Assembly: GCA_963740085.1 (NCBI GenBank)
Contig: CAVUCU010000005.1
Span: forward strand, 224,001 to 288,000
DNA: 64,000 nucleotides
Source: Nitrospirota bacterium
GTDB taxonomy: Bacteria; Nitrospirota; UBA9217
Direction: 5' to 3'
The translations under genes and the position numbers were made by a program. The notes under the pieces are model-generated. The model saw nothing but the letters and a program-made list of their open reading frames with translations, did not search any database and had not been told where the DNA came from. Shown one piece after another: positions 38,746 through 49,242 of the stretch (positions are counted from its first letter, which is position 1; each line of letters opens with the position of its first letter).

Positions 38746-40047
38746 TCACCAGCGCCTTAAAATATTGGCCGAGATGCTTCGCTCAAAAAAAGGATAGGTA
38801 TTGTTATCGCCATAGCCTGCCGAAATTTTGAAGCCCCAGCGGGGATTGAAATATTTCTGGAACACGGCCCCATACGATTTGCTCCTCGTTGTCTTAACGA
38901 TCGTCGTCCCCGCGAGGAATTCACCGCCCTGGCCAAATCCGCCGTTCAGTTCAAAGTAATCATCTCCATTTCCCGCAAAGTAATACCGGGCGAGAAGGTG
39001 ATGAGATACGCTCAGTTTCGCGGATGACGGGACAAAGAGGGTCCGCCATCGGAAATACCAGTTGCCGGTATATTTTCCAAGTCCGAGGCCATACATATCG
39101 ACGGTGCTTGTCCCGAAATCCATGTGGTCATAGCTGAGGGAAGGCTCCCATCCCTTGCCGGCCCCCTGAAATATTTCAACGCGATAAGAATCCTCCGGGT
39201 AGAGGATGGCACGCGGTGAATACTGATACCGGACATTCGCATACGCCCGCGGCCAGAGATCCACATACCCATCGAGGGCCAAGGCATAGTCGTCAGATCC
39301 AAACCGCAGGGAATCGAGATATTCAAAAGCGAGCGAACCCTTTTGCCAGTAATGACGAAGAGAAGCGCTGTAATAATTCCAGGTTCCACGGACCGGTGAA
39401 AATTCGCTCACGCCGTATGACAGGTTCGCTAACCATTTGTACGCATCAGGTGCTTCTGATTCGGGCGCCTGTCTGCGTTGTTAAGAGAAGTAAGATATTG
39501 CTCGATCTCGGAGTCCGGCGCGCCGTGTGCGCGGGCCGCTTCAAAGTCGGCGCGGGCTGCATCGAAGATCGCCCGCAGACCGGCAGGCTCTTGCGCGCGC
39601 GATGTACGCGCCGGGGTCACCGGGGTCCGCCGCTATCCATTTTCCGTATGCGTTCACGGCATCCCGAGGCCGGTCATTCCAGAGATACATGTCCCCGAGG
39701 GCCGACCAGGCATCGCCGTAGTCCGGTGACCGCGACGTTACCGCGGTCAGGTCCTGCTCGGCCTCCTTCCAGCGGTTCTCCCACGCATAGGTCCGCCCTC
39801 GCGCGAGCAGCAGATCGGAATTATTCGGTCGCGTCGCCAGTAATTCCGTGTAAAGCCGTATTGCTTCATCACGATGTTTCGAAAAAGAGAGGGCTCTTGC
39901 AAGCTTGAACTTAGCGTCATACGATTTGGGATGGGCTTTAGCCTCTGCACGATAGTACTGTGCTGCAGAATCATAATCACCCCTTGACATCGCCACATCA
40001 CCATCCGCTATCGCGACGACAAGACTCAACGCGAGAAGAATCATCAT
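38746..40047 (-). pseudogene. TPR plus YaiO-family outer-membrane beta-barrel protein with two compensating frameshifts
   Basis: Signal peptide and TPRs (40047-39565), aromatic-rich barrel ending in W; +1 indel near 39565 and -1 indel near 39482 create in-frame TGA and TAA. Confidence 0.75.
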
Positions 40048-40136
40048 TCCTTTAACCCTTCCTCTTTACCATGCCCGCATTACTTTCCCTGCCCTGTTTC
40101 CGGCGTGGCAGCGCAGAAAGCCCCGCTTCCTGTTTT

Positions 40137-41579
40137 TCATTGAGGACCGTTAGCACCGGCCGGCGCATGTTCTTCGTGTCCTTTTTTGTGGACTAGCTCC
40201 CACTTTCTCTTCCCTACGAGGTACTGGATGAGCGCTTCGAACCTCCAGAAAGAATTGATCTGTCGATAGCCGAAATTTTCAAGCACTCCGTAGATGAGAA
40301 GTTTGAACAGGTGACTCCACTTCGGATACCGCCTGAAGGTCAATTCTTCGAGAAAGATGCTGGCAGTCGAGAGAAACACTCCATAGAATATCGCCAGCGT
40401 AAGGAAAAGCAGGAGGAAGTCAAGGCTCAGGATCCCGAGGAAATAGGAAATAATGACAAAGGGATATCCCAGAACTTCGATCACCGGACCCAGGATCTCG
40501 AAAAGAACATAGTAGGGCAGAATCACCATGCCTATTTTGCCGAATCGGGGATTGAGCATCATCTCTCTATTTTGGAAAATAGTCTGGATCAGGCCGAGGT
40601 GCCACCTTCTCCGCTGTCTGCCGAGCATTTTAAAGTCATCCGGCGCCTCGGTCCAGCAGATAGGATCGGATACAAATCGTATTCGGTACGGTTTTTTCTT
40701 TTTCAGCATATGGCGGTGGAGCCGGACGATCATGTCCATGTCTTCCGCCACGTTGCCCACCATGAACCCCCCCGCCTCTACTACACTGGCTTTTTGAAAG
40801 AGCGAAAAGGTCCCGGAAAGAATAAGCAGCGCCCGCAGGTTGTCCCATCCCACCCTGCCGAAGAGGAACCCCCGGATGTACTCCACGATCTGGAACAGAA
40901 GCAACGTGTTGTCAGGGAGATCGATCTCCTCGATCGTGATCCCGTCGGTAAGCCGGAGGCCGTTGATAATTCGCACGACCCCGCCGCTTGCGATCACGGG
41001 AACGTTGCTCTCGAGGAGGGGGGTCATTACCCGTATGAGCGCGTCTTTTTCCAGCAGCGAATCCGCGTCGAGTGAGCAAAAATACGGCGACCGTGAGGCA
41101 TTTATCCCGCAATTCAGCGCATCGGCCTTGCCGCCCTGCTCCTTGTCTATCACGAGGAGATTCGGTGTTTCCAGGCTATAGTATAAACCCTTTACGGGTT
41201 TCGTCTTAAGAAACGTCCGATAGACGCGATCGATCTTTTTAAGACTGAACGAGTCGATCACTTTTTGCAATGTCCCGTCTGTCGACCCGTCGTTGATAAT
41301 GATCACCTCGAAAAAAGGGTATTCAGTGGCAAGCGCGGATCGAATGCTCCGGAGAACGACCTGTTCCTCATTATGCATGGCAATCAGGATCGTGACGGGC
41401 GGGGTCTCCGGAGAGAGGGTAAATTCCTTGTACGGGGAATATTTTATACGGCGAAGGTGCCTCAATATCACAAAAAGGGCAAGGGCGAGAAGTACTGAGT
41501 AAAGGCTGTTCAAGACTCCGAAATAAATCCCGACGCAATAGTTGAATCCGACAACCGTTATGATGAGTATTTTCTTCAT
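40137..41579 (-). CDS. processive GT2 glycosyltransferase (PgaC/YaiP-like)
   Basis: HNEE, NDGSTD, GGKADALN, DAD, AED and QRRRW; C-terminal TMs. Confidence 0.9.
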   Translation of the reverse strand: MKKILIITVVGFNYCVGIYFGVLNSLYSVLLALALFVILRHLRRIKYSPYKEFTLSPETPPVTILIAMHNEEQVVLRSIRSALATEYPFFEVIIINDGSTDGTLQKVIDSFSLKKIDRVYRTFLKTKPVKGLYYSLETPNLLVIDKEQGGKADALNCGINASRSPYFCSLDADSLLEKDALIRVMTPLLESNVPVIASGGVVRIINGLRLTDGITIEEIDLPDNTLLLFQIVEYIRGFLFGRVGWDNLRALLILSGTFSLFQKASVVEAGGFMVGNVAEDMDMIVRLHRHMLKKKKPYRIRFVSDPICWTEAPDDFKMLGRQRRRWHLGLIQTIFQNREMMLNPRFGKIGMVILPYYVLFEILGPVIEVLGYPFVIISYFLGILSLDFLLLFLTLAIFYGVFLSTASIFLEELTFRRYPKWSHLFKLLIYGVLENFGYRQINSFWRFEALIQYLVGKRKWELVHKKGHEEHAPAGANGPQ

Positions 41580-42838
41580 GTGCCGGATCCCGTTATCATC
41601 GTGCTGCGGACGAGCTCTTTTTCTGTTTCGTCGCCTTCCTGTCCCAGAAATTCATTCAGCGGTGTCGAAAATCCGAGGGAATGCATGATCTCAAGGATCC
41701 GGCGTGATTTATTTTGGAGACCCTGATCAGTGGCCTTGAGGTTTTTGATGAGTTGTCCGGAGAAATTCGTCTTCTCTATCTCTTCACAAATACTGTCTTT
41801 CGCATACCGGTCGGTACCGAGAAGGATATCGAGTAAAATGTCGAGAGAATGTACGCCGAGAACAGTCAACGCCTGCGCAGCTTCATTTCGAACCTGCCAG
41901 TCTTCGTCAAAAATCAGTTTCCCGATCGATGGCGCTGCCCCCTCATACCCCAATGCTCTGATCGACCGTATTGCCTGAAGCCTGACAAACCACACCGGAT
42001 CGCGGAGCAGGGGAACGATCGATTCCGGCAGATTGTGAACCATGCGGATATTTTCAGCCCTGCCCAGCACCTTGAGCGCTTTGCTTCTCACCTCGACATT
42101 CGTGCTCGAAAGATGCTCAATGGCCAGATGGGCCGATCGCGGGTCGGCCGGCAATCGGGAGAGGATATCCAGAATGCACGACATGACCCAGAGATTGTCC
42201 CGTCCGGCCTTGTGCTCGACCAGCAAGGGGATCGCTTCGGCTCCAAAGGTCTGCAGGGCCATTCCCATTGCCCTGCGCGTCACGATCGACCGGTCTAGAA
42301 TGACGGCCAAGCGCTCGACGATGGCCAGCATTGCCGCTCGTCCTCCTATTTTACACAGCGACCGAACGACAACGGAAACGATCTCCGGATTCTTTTCATC
42401 CAGCAGGGGAATGAGTTTCGGAACGGATGCTTCGCTTTTCATCCTGCCGAGCTTATCGATGCCCAGAGCGCGCAACTGAATATTTCTGTTCTCAATCTGT
42501 GTTTCGTAGAATGAAATATACCCGAGCGTGGATAGTTGTGTTTTTACCTCATCCCGATATCGTTCTTCATTGATCAGGTTCAGAAGAATATCCTCGATCG
42601 CCTGCCATGTGTCTGATCTCGGACGGGCAGTGAACTCGCTCTGCGTTCTCAGCATGGTTCCGGCTTCAAGAGACTCGCGTATTTTTTTGTCGAAGGTCTC
42701 TTTTAAATGGTCGAGCTTCCGGTATTTCCGTGCTTTGTATACCCTCCGGATGACACTCGTGAGAAACAGGGCGGTAATCAACAGCATCAGCGCTGCGATC
42801 GTCATCGTAACGATTAATATTATGACCTTATTCTGCAT
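41576..42838 (-). CDS. membrane-anchored HEAT-repeat protein
   Basis: N-terminal TM; PBS-lyase-like HEAT repeats (LLRDPVWFVR, DEDWQVRNEAA). Confidence 0.82.
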   Translation of the reverse strand: MQNKVIILIVTMTIAALMLLITALFLTSVIRRVYKARKYRKLDHLKETFDKKIRESLEAGTMLRTQSEFTARPRSDTWQAIEDILLNLINEERYRDEVKTQLSTLGYISFYETQIENRNIQLRALGIDKLGRMKSEASVPKLIPLLDEKNPEIVSVVVRSLCKIGGRAAMLAIVERLAVILDRSIVTRRAMGMALQTFGAEAIPLLVEHKAGRDNLWVMSCILDILSRLPADPRSAHLAIEHLSSTNVEVRSKALKVLGRAENIRMVHNLPESIVPLLRDPVWFVRLQAIRSIRALGYEGAAPSIGKLIFDEDWQVRNEAAQALTVLGVHSLDILLDILLGTDRYAKDSICEEIEKTNFSGQLIKNLKATDQGLQNKSRRILEIMHSLGFSTPLNEFLGQEGDETEKELVRSTMITGSGT

Positions 42839-42899
42839 TACTCACAGTGCGTCCGGTGCGTGGAATATCGGTATTGATAGCCCGCGCCCGGAATGGATG

Positions 42900-43613
42900 T
42901 CATTGCAGCGCTGGCGTAATCATGCCGTTGTCTCTGAAACTGAAATGGTCGCCATCGCCAATGATGATATGATCGAGCACCTGAATGCCGATCACCTCGC
43001 CCGCCTGGACCAGCCGCCTGGTGAGCAGGATGTCTTCCTGGCTCGGTTTGATATCTCCGCTCGGGTGGTTGTGAATGAAGATGACCGCGGCCGCAGACTC
43101 CCGGATAGCGGCCTTGAAGGTCTCACGAGGATGAACAAGGGAGGCGGAAAGGCTACCCACTGAAATTTCCTCGTCCTTGATGATCTTGCTGATCTTGTTT
43201 TTTGTGTCGAGCACCACACATTGGAAAATCTCTTTTTTCAAACCCTTCATACGCGGTTGATAGTACGCTGCGACGTCGTGACTGGAGCAGAAGGACGCGC
43301 CCGCGAGGCTCGGTTTCTGATACCGTCTCCCGATCTCGATGGCAGCCTTGATCTCGGCCGCCTTGGCTTTCCCGATCCCCGGGACCTCACAGATCTCACT
43401 GATTCCGGCCTGCTCAATGCCCGTGAGATTTTCAAACTTGACGAGCAGCTCCATGGCGAGGTCGAGGGCGGTCCTTCCCGTTTTGCCGTTCTTGATGATG
43501 ATGGCAAGTAGCTGAGCATCGGAGAGCGAAGCAGGTCCATGGGCAATGAGCCGTTCGCGGGGCCGTTCGTCCTCGGGCCAATGCTTGACGCTCCGGTTCT
43601 TTTCTTCGGGCAT
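42900..43613 (-). CDS. radC: RadC family JAB-domain protein
   Basis: ERPRERL...LSDAQLLAI, HhH, VHPRE and HNHPSG..PS.ED..LDHIIIG. Confidence 0.94.
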   Translation of the reverse strand: MPEEKNRSVKHWPEDERPRERLIAHGPASLSDAQLLAIIIKNGKTGRTALDLAMELLVKFENLTGIEQAGISEICEVPGIGKAKAAEIKAAIEIGRRYQKPSLAGASFCSSHDVAAYYQPRMKGLKKEIFQCVVLDTKNKISKIIKDEEISVGSLSASLVHPRETFKAAIRESAAAVIFIHNHPSGDIKPSQEDILLTRRLVQAGEVIGIQVLDHIIIGDGDHFSFRDNGMITPALQ

Positions 43614-43747
43614 GGGTGACCTTCCTCTTCGCCTGAGACGTCCGCTGCCTGGCGTCCTCCTCTGAGAACGTCAGTTCAAGGATGATCCGCCATTAAAACA
43701 TTCTCTGCGCGATAAATTATAGAATGGACACTGGTGACTGTCAAATG

Positions 43748-43783
43748 AAAAAGGCGGCCCTTATTCAAACCATGGCCGCCTTT
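43748..43783 (-). terminator. intrinsic terminator after rubredoxin
   Basis: Minus strand AAAGGCGGCC...GGCCGCCTTTTT. Confidence 0.65.
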
Positions 43784-43802
43784 GCAGAAAACAGGGCTGG
43801 AC

Positions 43803-43931
43803 TTATATTTTTACAAATGCATCCTTGGGCGCATTGCAGACCGGGCATGCCCAGTCGTCCGGAAGGTCCTCGAACTTTTTACCCTCTTTCGCTTCATCGT
43901 AAATGTAACCGCATACCGTGCATCTCCACAT
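43803..43931 (-). CDS. rubredoxin (42 aa, below the ORF-track cutoff)
   Basis: [42 protein letters not shown]; GGAGG RBS. Confidence 0.93.
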   Translation of the reverse strand: MWRCTVCGYIYDEAKEGKKFEDLPDDWACPVCNAPKDAFVKI

Positions 43932-43980
43932 GATAGCCTCCTTAACGTGTAGTTATCCTTTTATCCGGCACTTACTCAAC

Positions 43981-45225
43981 TTATGGTTTACACTTTACCG
44001 GCTGATTGCCGTTGAACTTTTTGTGATACTCGATCGTCTTTTCCGCAAACAATTTCCCGAACTCGAAACATTTCCTTTCGTCTTCCGGACCCGGTCGGTA
44101 GAGGACCTCAACGCCGGGCTCAACTACCTCAAGACCCATCTTCTTAAAGGCCTCGTATGCCTCCTTTACCGCGCCGCCTCCCCAGCCAAAGCTCCCGAAG
44201 GCCCCTGCAAGCCGGTTCTTGGGGCGGAGCCCCCTGAGATGCGTCAGAAACTCGGCGACGGACGGAAACATGATGTTGTTCAGCGTCGGCGTGCCCACCA
44301 GCATGGCCCGTGATTCCCAGATACTTTTGATCGCTATGCTCATGGGGGTGGACCGAAGCTTGACCACATCCACATCGACGCCCGCGGACTTGACCCCCTC
44401 CATAAGCGGGATGGTCATGCGTTCGGTGCTGTGCCACATGGTATCGTAGACGATCACGACGCGGAGGTCCGCCTTATCGTTCGCCATATCAAGGTACATC
44501 TGAATGATCTTGCCGGGGTCCTTCTTCCAGATGATCCCGTGATCGGGAGCGATCATGTCGATAACGAGGCCGAGCTTCTGAACCTCGGCGAGCTTTGCCT
44601 TGATGAGCGCGCCGAACGGCATCAGGATGTTCGCATAATAGTCTCGTACCGCGTGCTCAAGCGCGGTGACCGAATACTGGTCACAGAACTCGTCGTCGAA
44701 CCGCGCCGATGTGGCAAGGTGCTGCCCGAAGGCGTCCTGGCTGATAAGAAGCTTGTCTTCCTTCACGTAGCTCATCATCGAATCCGGCCAGTGGAGCATC
44801 GGCGTTTCGAGGAAGGTGATGGTCTTGGTGCCTGTATTGAGCGTGTCGCCGGTCTTGACGATCCTGAACTGCCATTTCGAGGTGTCGAAGAACCGGTCGA
44901 GACCCTTTTTCCCCCGCGCAGTGATATGGATCAAGGCCTTCGGCGTAAGCTCCATGATCCGGTCGAGGCTCGACATATGGTCGTTCTCGATATGGTTGAT
45001 CACGATGTTCTCGATCTTCGCGGGGTCAACTAGGCCCCTTATGTTGTCGATCGTGTATTCCCAGAAATCATGCTTCACCGTATCGACCAGCGTCACCTGC
45101 TTGTCAAGGATCAGATAGTTATTGTAAGACGTGCCGTGAGGTGTTACATAACCGTGAAAATCCCGCACCGCCCAGTCTATTGCTCCCACCCAGTAGATAC
45201 CCGGTTTTATCTCTACAGCTCCCAT
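43981..45225 (-). CDS. fprA: flavodiiron protein (O2/NO reductase)
   Basis: GTSYN.YL, NHIENDH, LHWPDSM, DAFGQH, APDHG and flavodoxin domain FGSFGWGG. Confidence 0.92.
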   Translation of the reverse strand: MGAVEIKPGIYWVGAIDWAVRDFHGYVTPHGTSYNNYLILDKQVTLVDTVKHDFWEYTIDNIRGLVDPAKIENIVINHIENDHMSSLDRIMELTPKALIHITARGKKGLDRFFDTSKWQFRIVKTGDTLNTGTKTITFLETPMLHWPDSMMSYVKEDKLLISQDAFGQHLATSARFDDEFCDQYSVTALEHAVRDYYANILMPFGALIKAKLAEVQKLGLVIDMIAPDHGIIWKKDPGKIIQMYLDMANDKADLRVVIVYDTMWHSTERMTIPLMEGVKSAGVDVDVVKLRSTPMSIAIKSIWESRAMLVGTPTLNNIMFPSVAEFLTHLRGLRPKNRLAGAFGSFGWGGGAVKEAYEAFKKMGLEVVEPGVEVLYRPGPEDERKCFEFGKLFAEKTIEYHKKFNGNQPVKCKP

Positions 45226-45399
45226 GAAAACCTCCTTATAACTACCGCCGTCCAATACCGCATGTCATCCCAAAGCAGTTCTATCGGGGAGATGATGTTT
45301 ATTGGTATTTCCAGAAACCGGATTCCCGGCGAGAATATTCGGGAATGACAATTTCGAGGCGGAGTAATGACCTATCAATAGCGCATCCCGGGAAGGTGC

Positions 45400-45801
45400 T
45401 CAGGAAAGCTTCCCCTTCTTTTTACATCGGGAACAATGACCGTAAAACTCGACGTGATTCCCGAGAAGAGTAAAATCCTGCGTCAGTTCTCCCGGCAGAT
45501 TGACGTTAATCCCCTCGGGAATATCCACGATCTTACCACACAGGACACAAATGAGATGGTGATGGCGGGTCGTGTCCGGGTCGTAGCGCTTTCTTTCGGG
45601 ATCAATGGTGAGTTCCCGCAAGGTGCCTGCCTTCGCGAGCATATTGAGCGTATTGTAGACCGTCGCAAACGACATGGACCGGTATTTTTTCGACACCGCC
45701 CTGTAGATATCCTCCGCCGAGGGGTGGGCGGTGTTCCCCTCCAGATAGTCGAGAATAGCTAGCCGTTGCGGGGTGCGCTTCCATGTTGTTCTTATGCTCA
45801 T
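45400..45801 (-). CDS. perR: Fur-family regulator, PerR-like
   Basis: TPQR, HPSAEDIY, ATVYNTL, HHHLICVLCG and GHCSRC; upstream of fprA and rubredoxin. Confidence 0.82.
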   Translation of the reverse strand: MSIRTTWKRTPQRLAILDYLEGNTAHPSAEDIYRAVSKKYRSMSFATVYNTLNMLAKAGTLRELTIDPERKRYDPDTTRHHHLICVLCGKIVDIPEGINVNLPGELTQDFTLLGNHVEFYGHCSRCKKKGKLS

Positions 45802-45832
45802 TCTTTGCCTTCATAGGGTAAGAGTTACGATT

Positions 45833-45861
45833 ATAATAAAGTACGGGGCCTGTGCTGTCAA
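45833..45861 (-). promoter_or_regulatory. sigma70 promoter of perR
   Basis: Minus strand TTGACA-17 nt-TATTAT. Confidence 0.7.
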
Positions 45862-45928
45862 GAAATTTCACAGGGAGAGGACATGACCGTGGCCTGGCGG
45901 TTGTTAGCGGTTGTCCGTTGTCGCACGG

Positions 45929-45962
45929 AAAACAAACAGGCCCGCTCTCGAACGGGCCTGTT
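45929..45962 (-). terminator. intrinsic terminator downstream of the che cluster
   Basis: Minus strand AACAGGCCCG...CGGGCCTGTTTGTTTT. Confidence 0.6.
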
Positions 45963-46237
45963 GAAGACGGTTCAGCCGAGAAAGCGGAATTATCTCCAAA
46001 GGACACAGGGACCAAAGAGAAAAATCAGGAAGAGGTTAAAATACCTTTTGATAACGGCCCGTTCCGAGCTTCAAGGCTTGTCAGGGTTGGGCTTAAGCGG
46101 GTGATGTGTCCGTGATATTCCTGTCCATCCATGGCCAACTATCGTTTTGAGATTCTCGCGCAATACGATCATCATGGCACCTGTGCTCCGGTTTATCTCA
46201 GACGCCTGCACATTCGCCATTACGGCGCAATCATGTC

Positions 46238-46400
46238 TTACTGTCGATAACTGCGGAGCCGCTCGGCCTGGGACGACAGTTCTTCCGCTGTGGAGACCAT
46301 CTCCTCGGCGCCGCCCGCGTTCTGCTGCACCACATGGTTCACTGCTGGATTGCGCCGTTGATCTTGTCGGATCTCTTCGTCTGTTCCTTCGATGCCGTAC
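46238..46400 (-). pseudogene. degenerate MCP signalling-domain C-terminal remnant
   Basis: [28 protein letters not shown] closely matches [28 protein letters not shown] in the MCP at 49243-50922. Confidence 0.75.
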
Positions 46401-46459
46401 TGATCTCCGGTATCGGGCAAAGTGAATGGGACTGTCGGCATAAGCGCGGCCCGGCGACG

Positions 46460-47600
<1,141 letters not shown>

Positions 47601-47613
47601 CCTCGCAGGCTTG

Positions 47614-47736
47614 TTACCACGTGATGTCCGGGTCGTTCACTTTCGTCAGCCACTTCAGAAATACATCGCCGGTATCCATATAAAAAAGGACCTTGCGACC
47701 GCGCATACCGCCGACGTCGGATACCTTCAGATTCAC
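47614..47736 (-). pseudogene. 40-codon CheD C-terminal remnant
   Basis: GTGA overlap with the cheR stop; MNLKVSDVGGMRGRKVLFYMDTGDVFLKWL matches the CheD tail DVGGTTGRKLFFNTHTGEVLLKRL. Confidence 0.75.
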
Positions 47737-48602
47737 GGCAGATTTCTGTAAATGGTGGACGCGATCCGGATGAGCGGAAGGTCGAATCCGTGCACGGTCT
47801 CCGAATGTCCCAGAAAAAGATGTCCGTCCCTTTTCAGATAGTGGCAAAATCTTCCGAGGAGTTTGCTTTGCGTCTCCCGCTCGAAATAGATCATCACGTT
47901 CCGGCAAAAGATCGCGTCCAGCGACGCCTCGGGCACAGGAAAGCGCTGATCCATGAGATTAAGGCGCTGGAACCGGACGAGCGAGCGCAGCGCGGGCACC
48001 ACCCGTACGAGCTTCTTGTCCCGATCCTTGCTCCGCGTGAAATATTTTTGCTTCAGCGTGTACGGGATCATCGCGATCTGGTCCTCGTCATAGATGCCGT
48101 TTCGCGCCTTGTCCAGGACCTTCGTGGAGATGTCCGTGGCCATGATCGTGAACTGAAAGCCGGGATTTCGCGCGGCAAATTCGCTCAGCACGATGGCGAG
48201 CGTATACGGTTCCTCCCCTGAGGAACATCCCGCGCTCCAGACCGTAAACTGCTGAGTGCCCGTTGCTCGCTGATGATGGACAAACTCAGGCAGCACGGTC
48301 TCACTGAGATAGGAATAATGCGCGGGCTCCCGAAAAAAATCCGTCTTGTTCGTGGTCACAGCGTCGATCATGTGCACGAGCTCGCTCATCCCATGCGGGT
48401 TCTCGAACAAATAATCGCAGTATTCACGGAATGACCGCGTGCCGAGTGTCCTGATCCGTTTCTGGAGCCGCGACTCAAGCAAGGTCTTCTTCGCCGGCGG
48501 CATCTTGATGCCGCAATGTTCGCTGATGAACTGGCTCAGGCGGTCAAAATCGCTGTTGGACAGCACTTTTATGCCTTCGCTGTATGTTTTGCTCTCGCCC
48601 AT
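47733..48602 (-). CDS. cheR: chemotaxis methyltransferase (alternative start 48671)
   Basis: TTNKTDFFRE, WSAGCSSGEEPYT, IFCRNVMIYF and LGHSE. Confidence 0.96.
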   Translation of the reverse strand: MGESKTYSEGIKVLSNSDFDRLSQFISEHCGIKMPPAKKTLLESRLQKRIRTLGTRSFREYCDYLFENPHGMSELVHMIDAVTTNKTDFFREPAHYSYLSETVLPEFVHHQRATGTQQFTVWSAGCSSGEEPYTLAIVLSEFAARNPGFQFTIMATDISTKVLDKARNGIYDEDQIAMIPYTLKQKYFTRSKDRDKKLVRVVPALRSLVRFQRLNLMDQRFPVPEASLDAIFCRNVMIYFERETQSKLLGRFCHYLKRDGHLFLGHSETVHGFDLPLIRIASTIYRNLP

Positions 48603-48695
48603 AGTATGATTACTTTCAGGAATCAGAAAAGCGTGGACAGGGGAACAGGGCACGGTGCCTGTAATGCTCATCAGATGTCACACCGCGATTACTGA

Positions 48696-49196
48696 TTACT
48701 GCCCAATGCCTGCCGGCGTCTCAACCTGCGCCTGCGCAAGTTCGCTCACGGAGAAAACCTTGTCGATGTCCAGGATGAGGATAAACCGATCGTTCTGCTT
48801 GCCCATCCCCTTGATGAACTCCGTGTTAAGCTTCGTCCCGATCTTCGGCGCGGGCTCGATGTGCTCCGCACCGAGGTCTAGCACCTCCTGCACGGAGTCC
48901 GCAAGCGCGCCCAGCACCGTCGTCTCCCCGTCCACCGCTACCTCGACGATGATGATGCAGGTGTTCACCGTCTTCTCGGTCTTGTTCATTCCGAACTTGA
49001 GCCGCAGGTCCACCACCGGCACCACGCTGCCTCGAAGGTTGATGACGCCGCGCATGAACTCCGGCGTGCGAGGCACTTTGGTGATAGAGGTAAAATCGAG
49101 CACCTCCCGCACCTTCGTGATATCGAGGGCGAAGACCTCGTGGTCAAGTTCAAATGTCAGATATTGTGTCATCTCTTGTACAGCTTCCCCATTCAT
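48696..49196 (-). CDS. cheW: chemotaxis coupling protein
   Basis: QYLTF, GVINLRG.VVPVVDLR; GGAGG RBS. Confidence 0.95.
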   Translation of the reverse strand: MNGEAVQEMTQYLTFELDHEVFALDITKVREVLDFTSITKVPRTPEFMRGVINLRGSVVPVVDLRLKFGMNKTEKTVNTCIIIVEVAVDGETTVLGALADSVQEVLDLGAEHIEPAPKIGTKLNTEFIKGMGKQNDRFILILDIDKVFSVSELAQAQVETPAGIGQ

Positions 49197-49242
49197 GATT
49201 TCCTCCAGCCTGTGATGGTTCATCAGTCGTCTGTCCTCTGCC

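Noticed and set aside
39541-39543. In-frame TGA in the TPR-barrel gene as a second selenocysteine
   Set aside because: A TAA follows 20 codons later in the same frame, the sensible sequence lies in another frame, and there is no redox motif context.
42900-43613. radC as a marker of a mobile element or prophage
   Set aside because: It is the full-length chromosomal type with N-terminal HhH region, and no integrase or att site is nearby.
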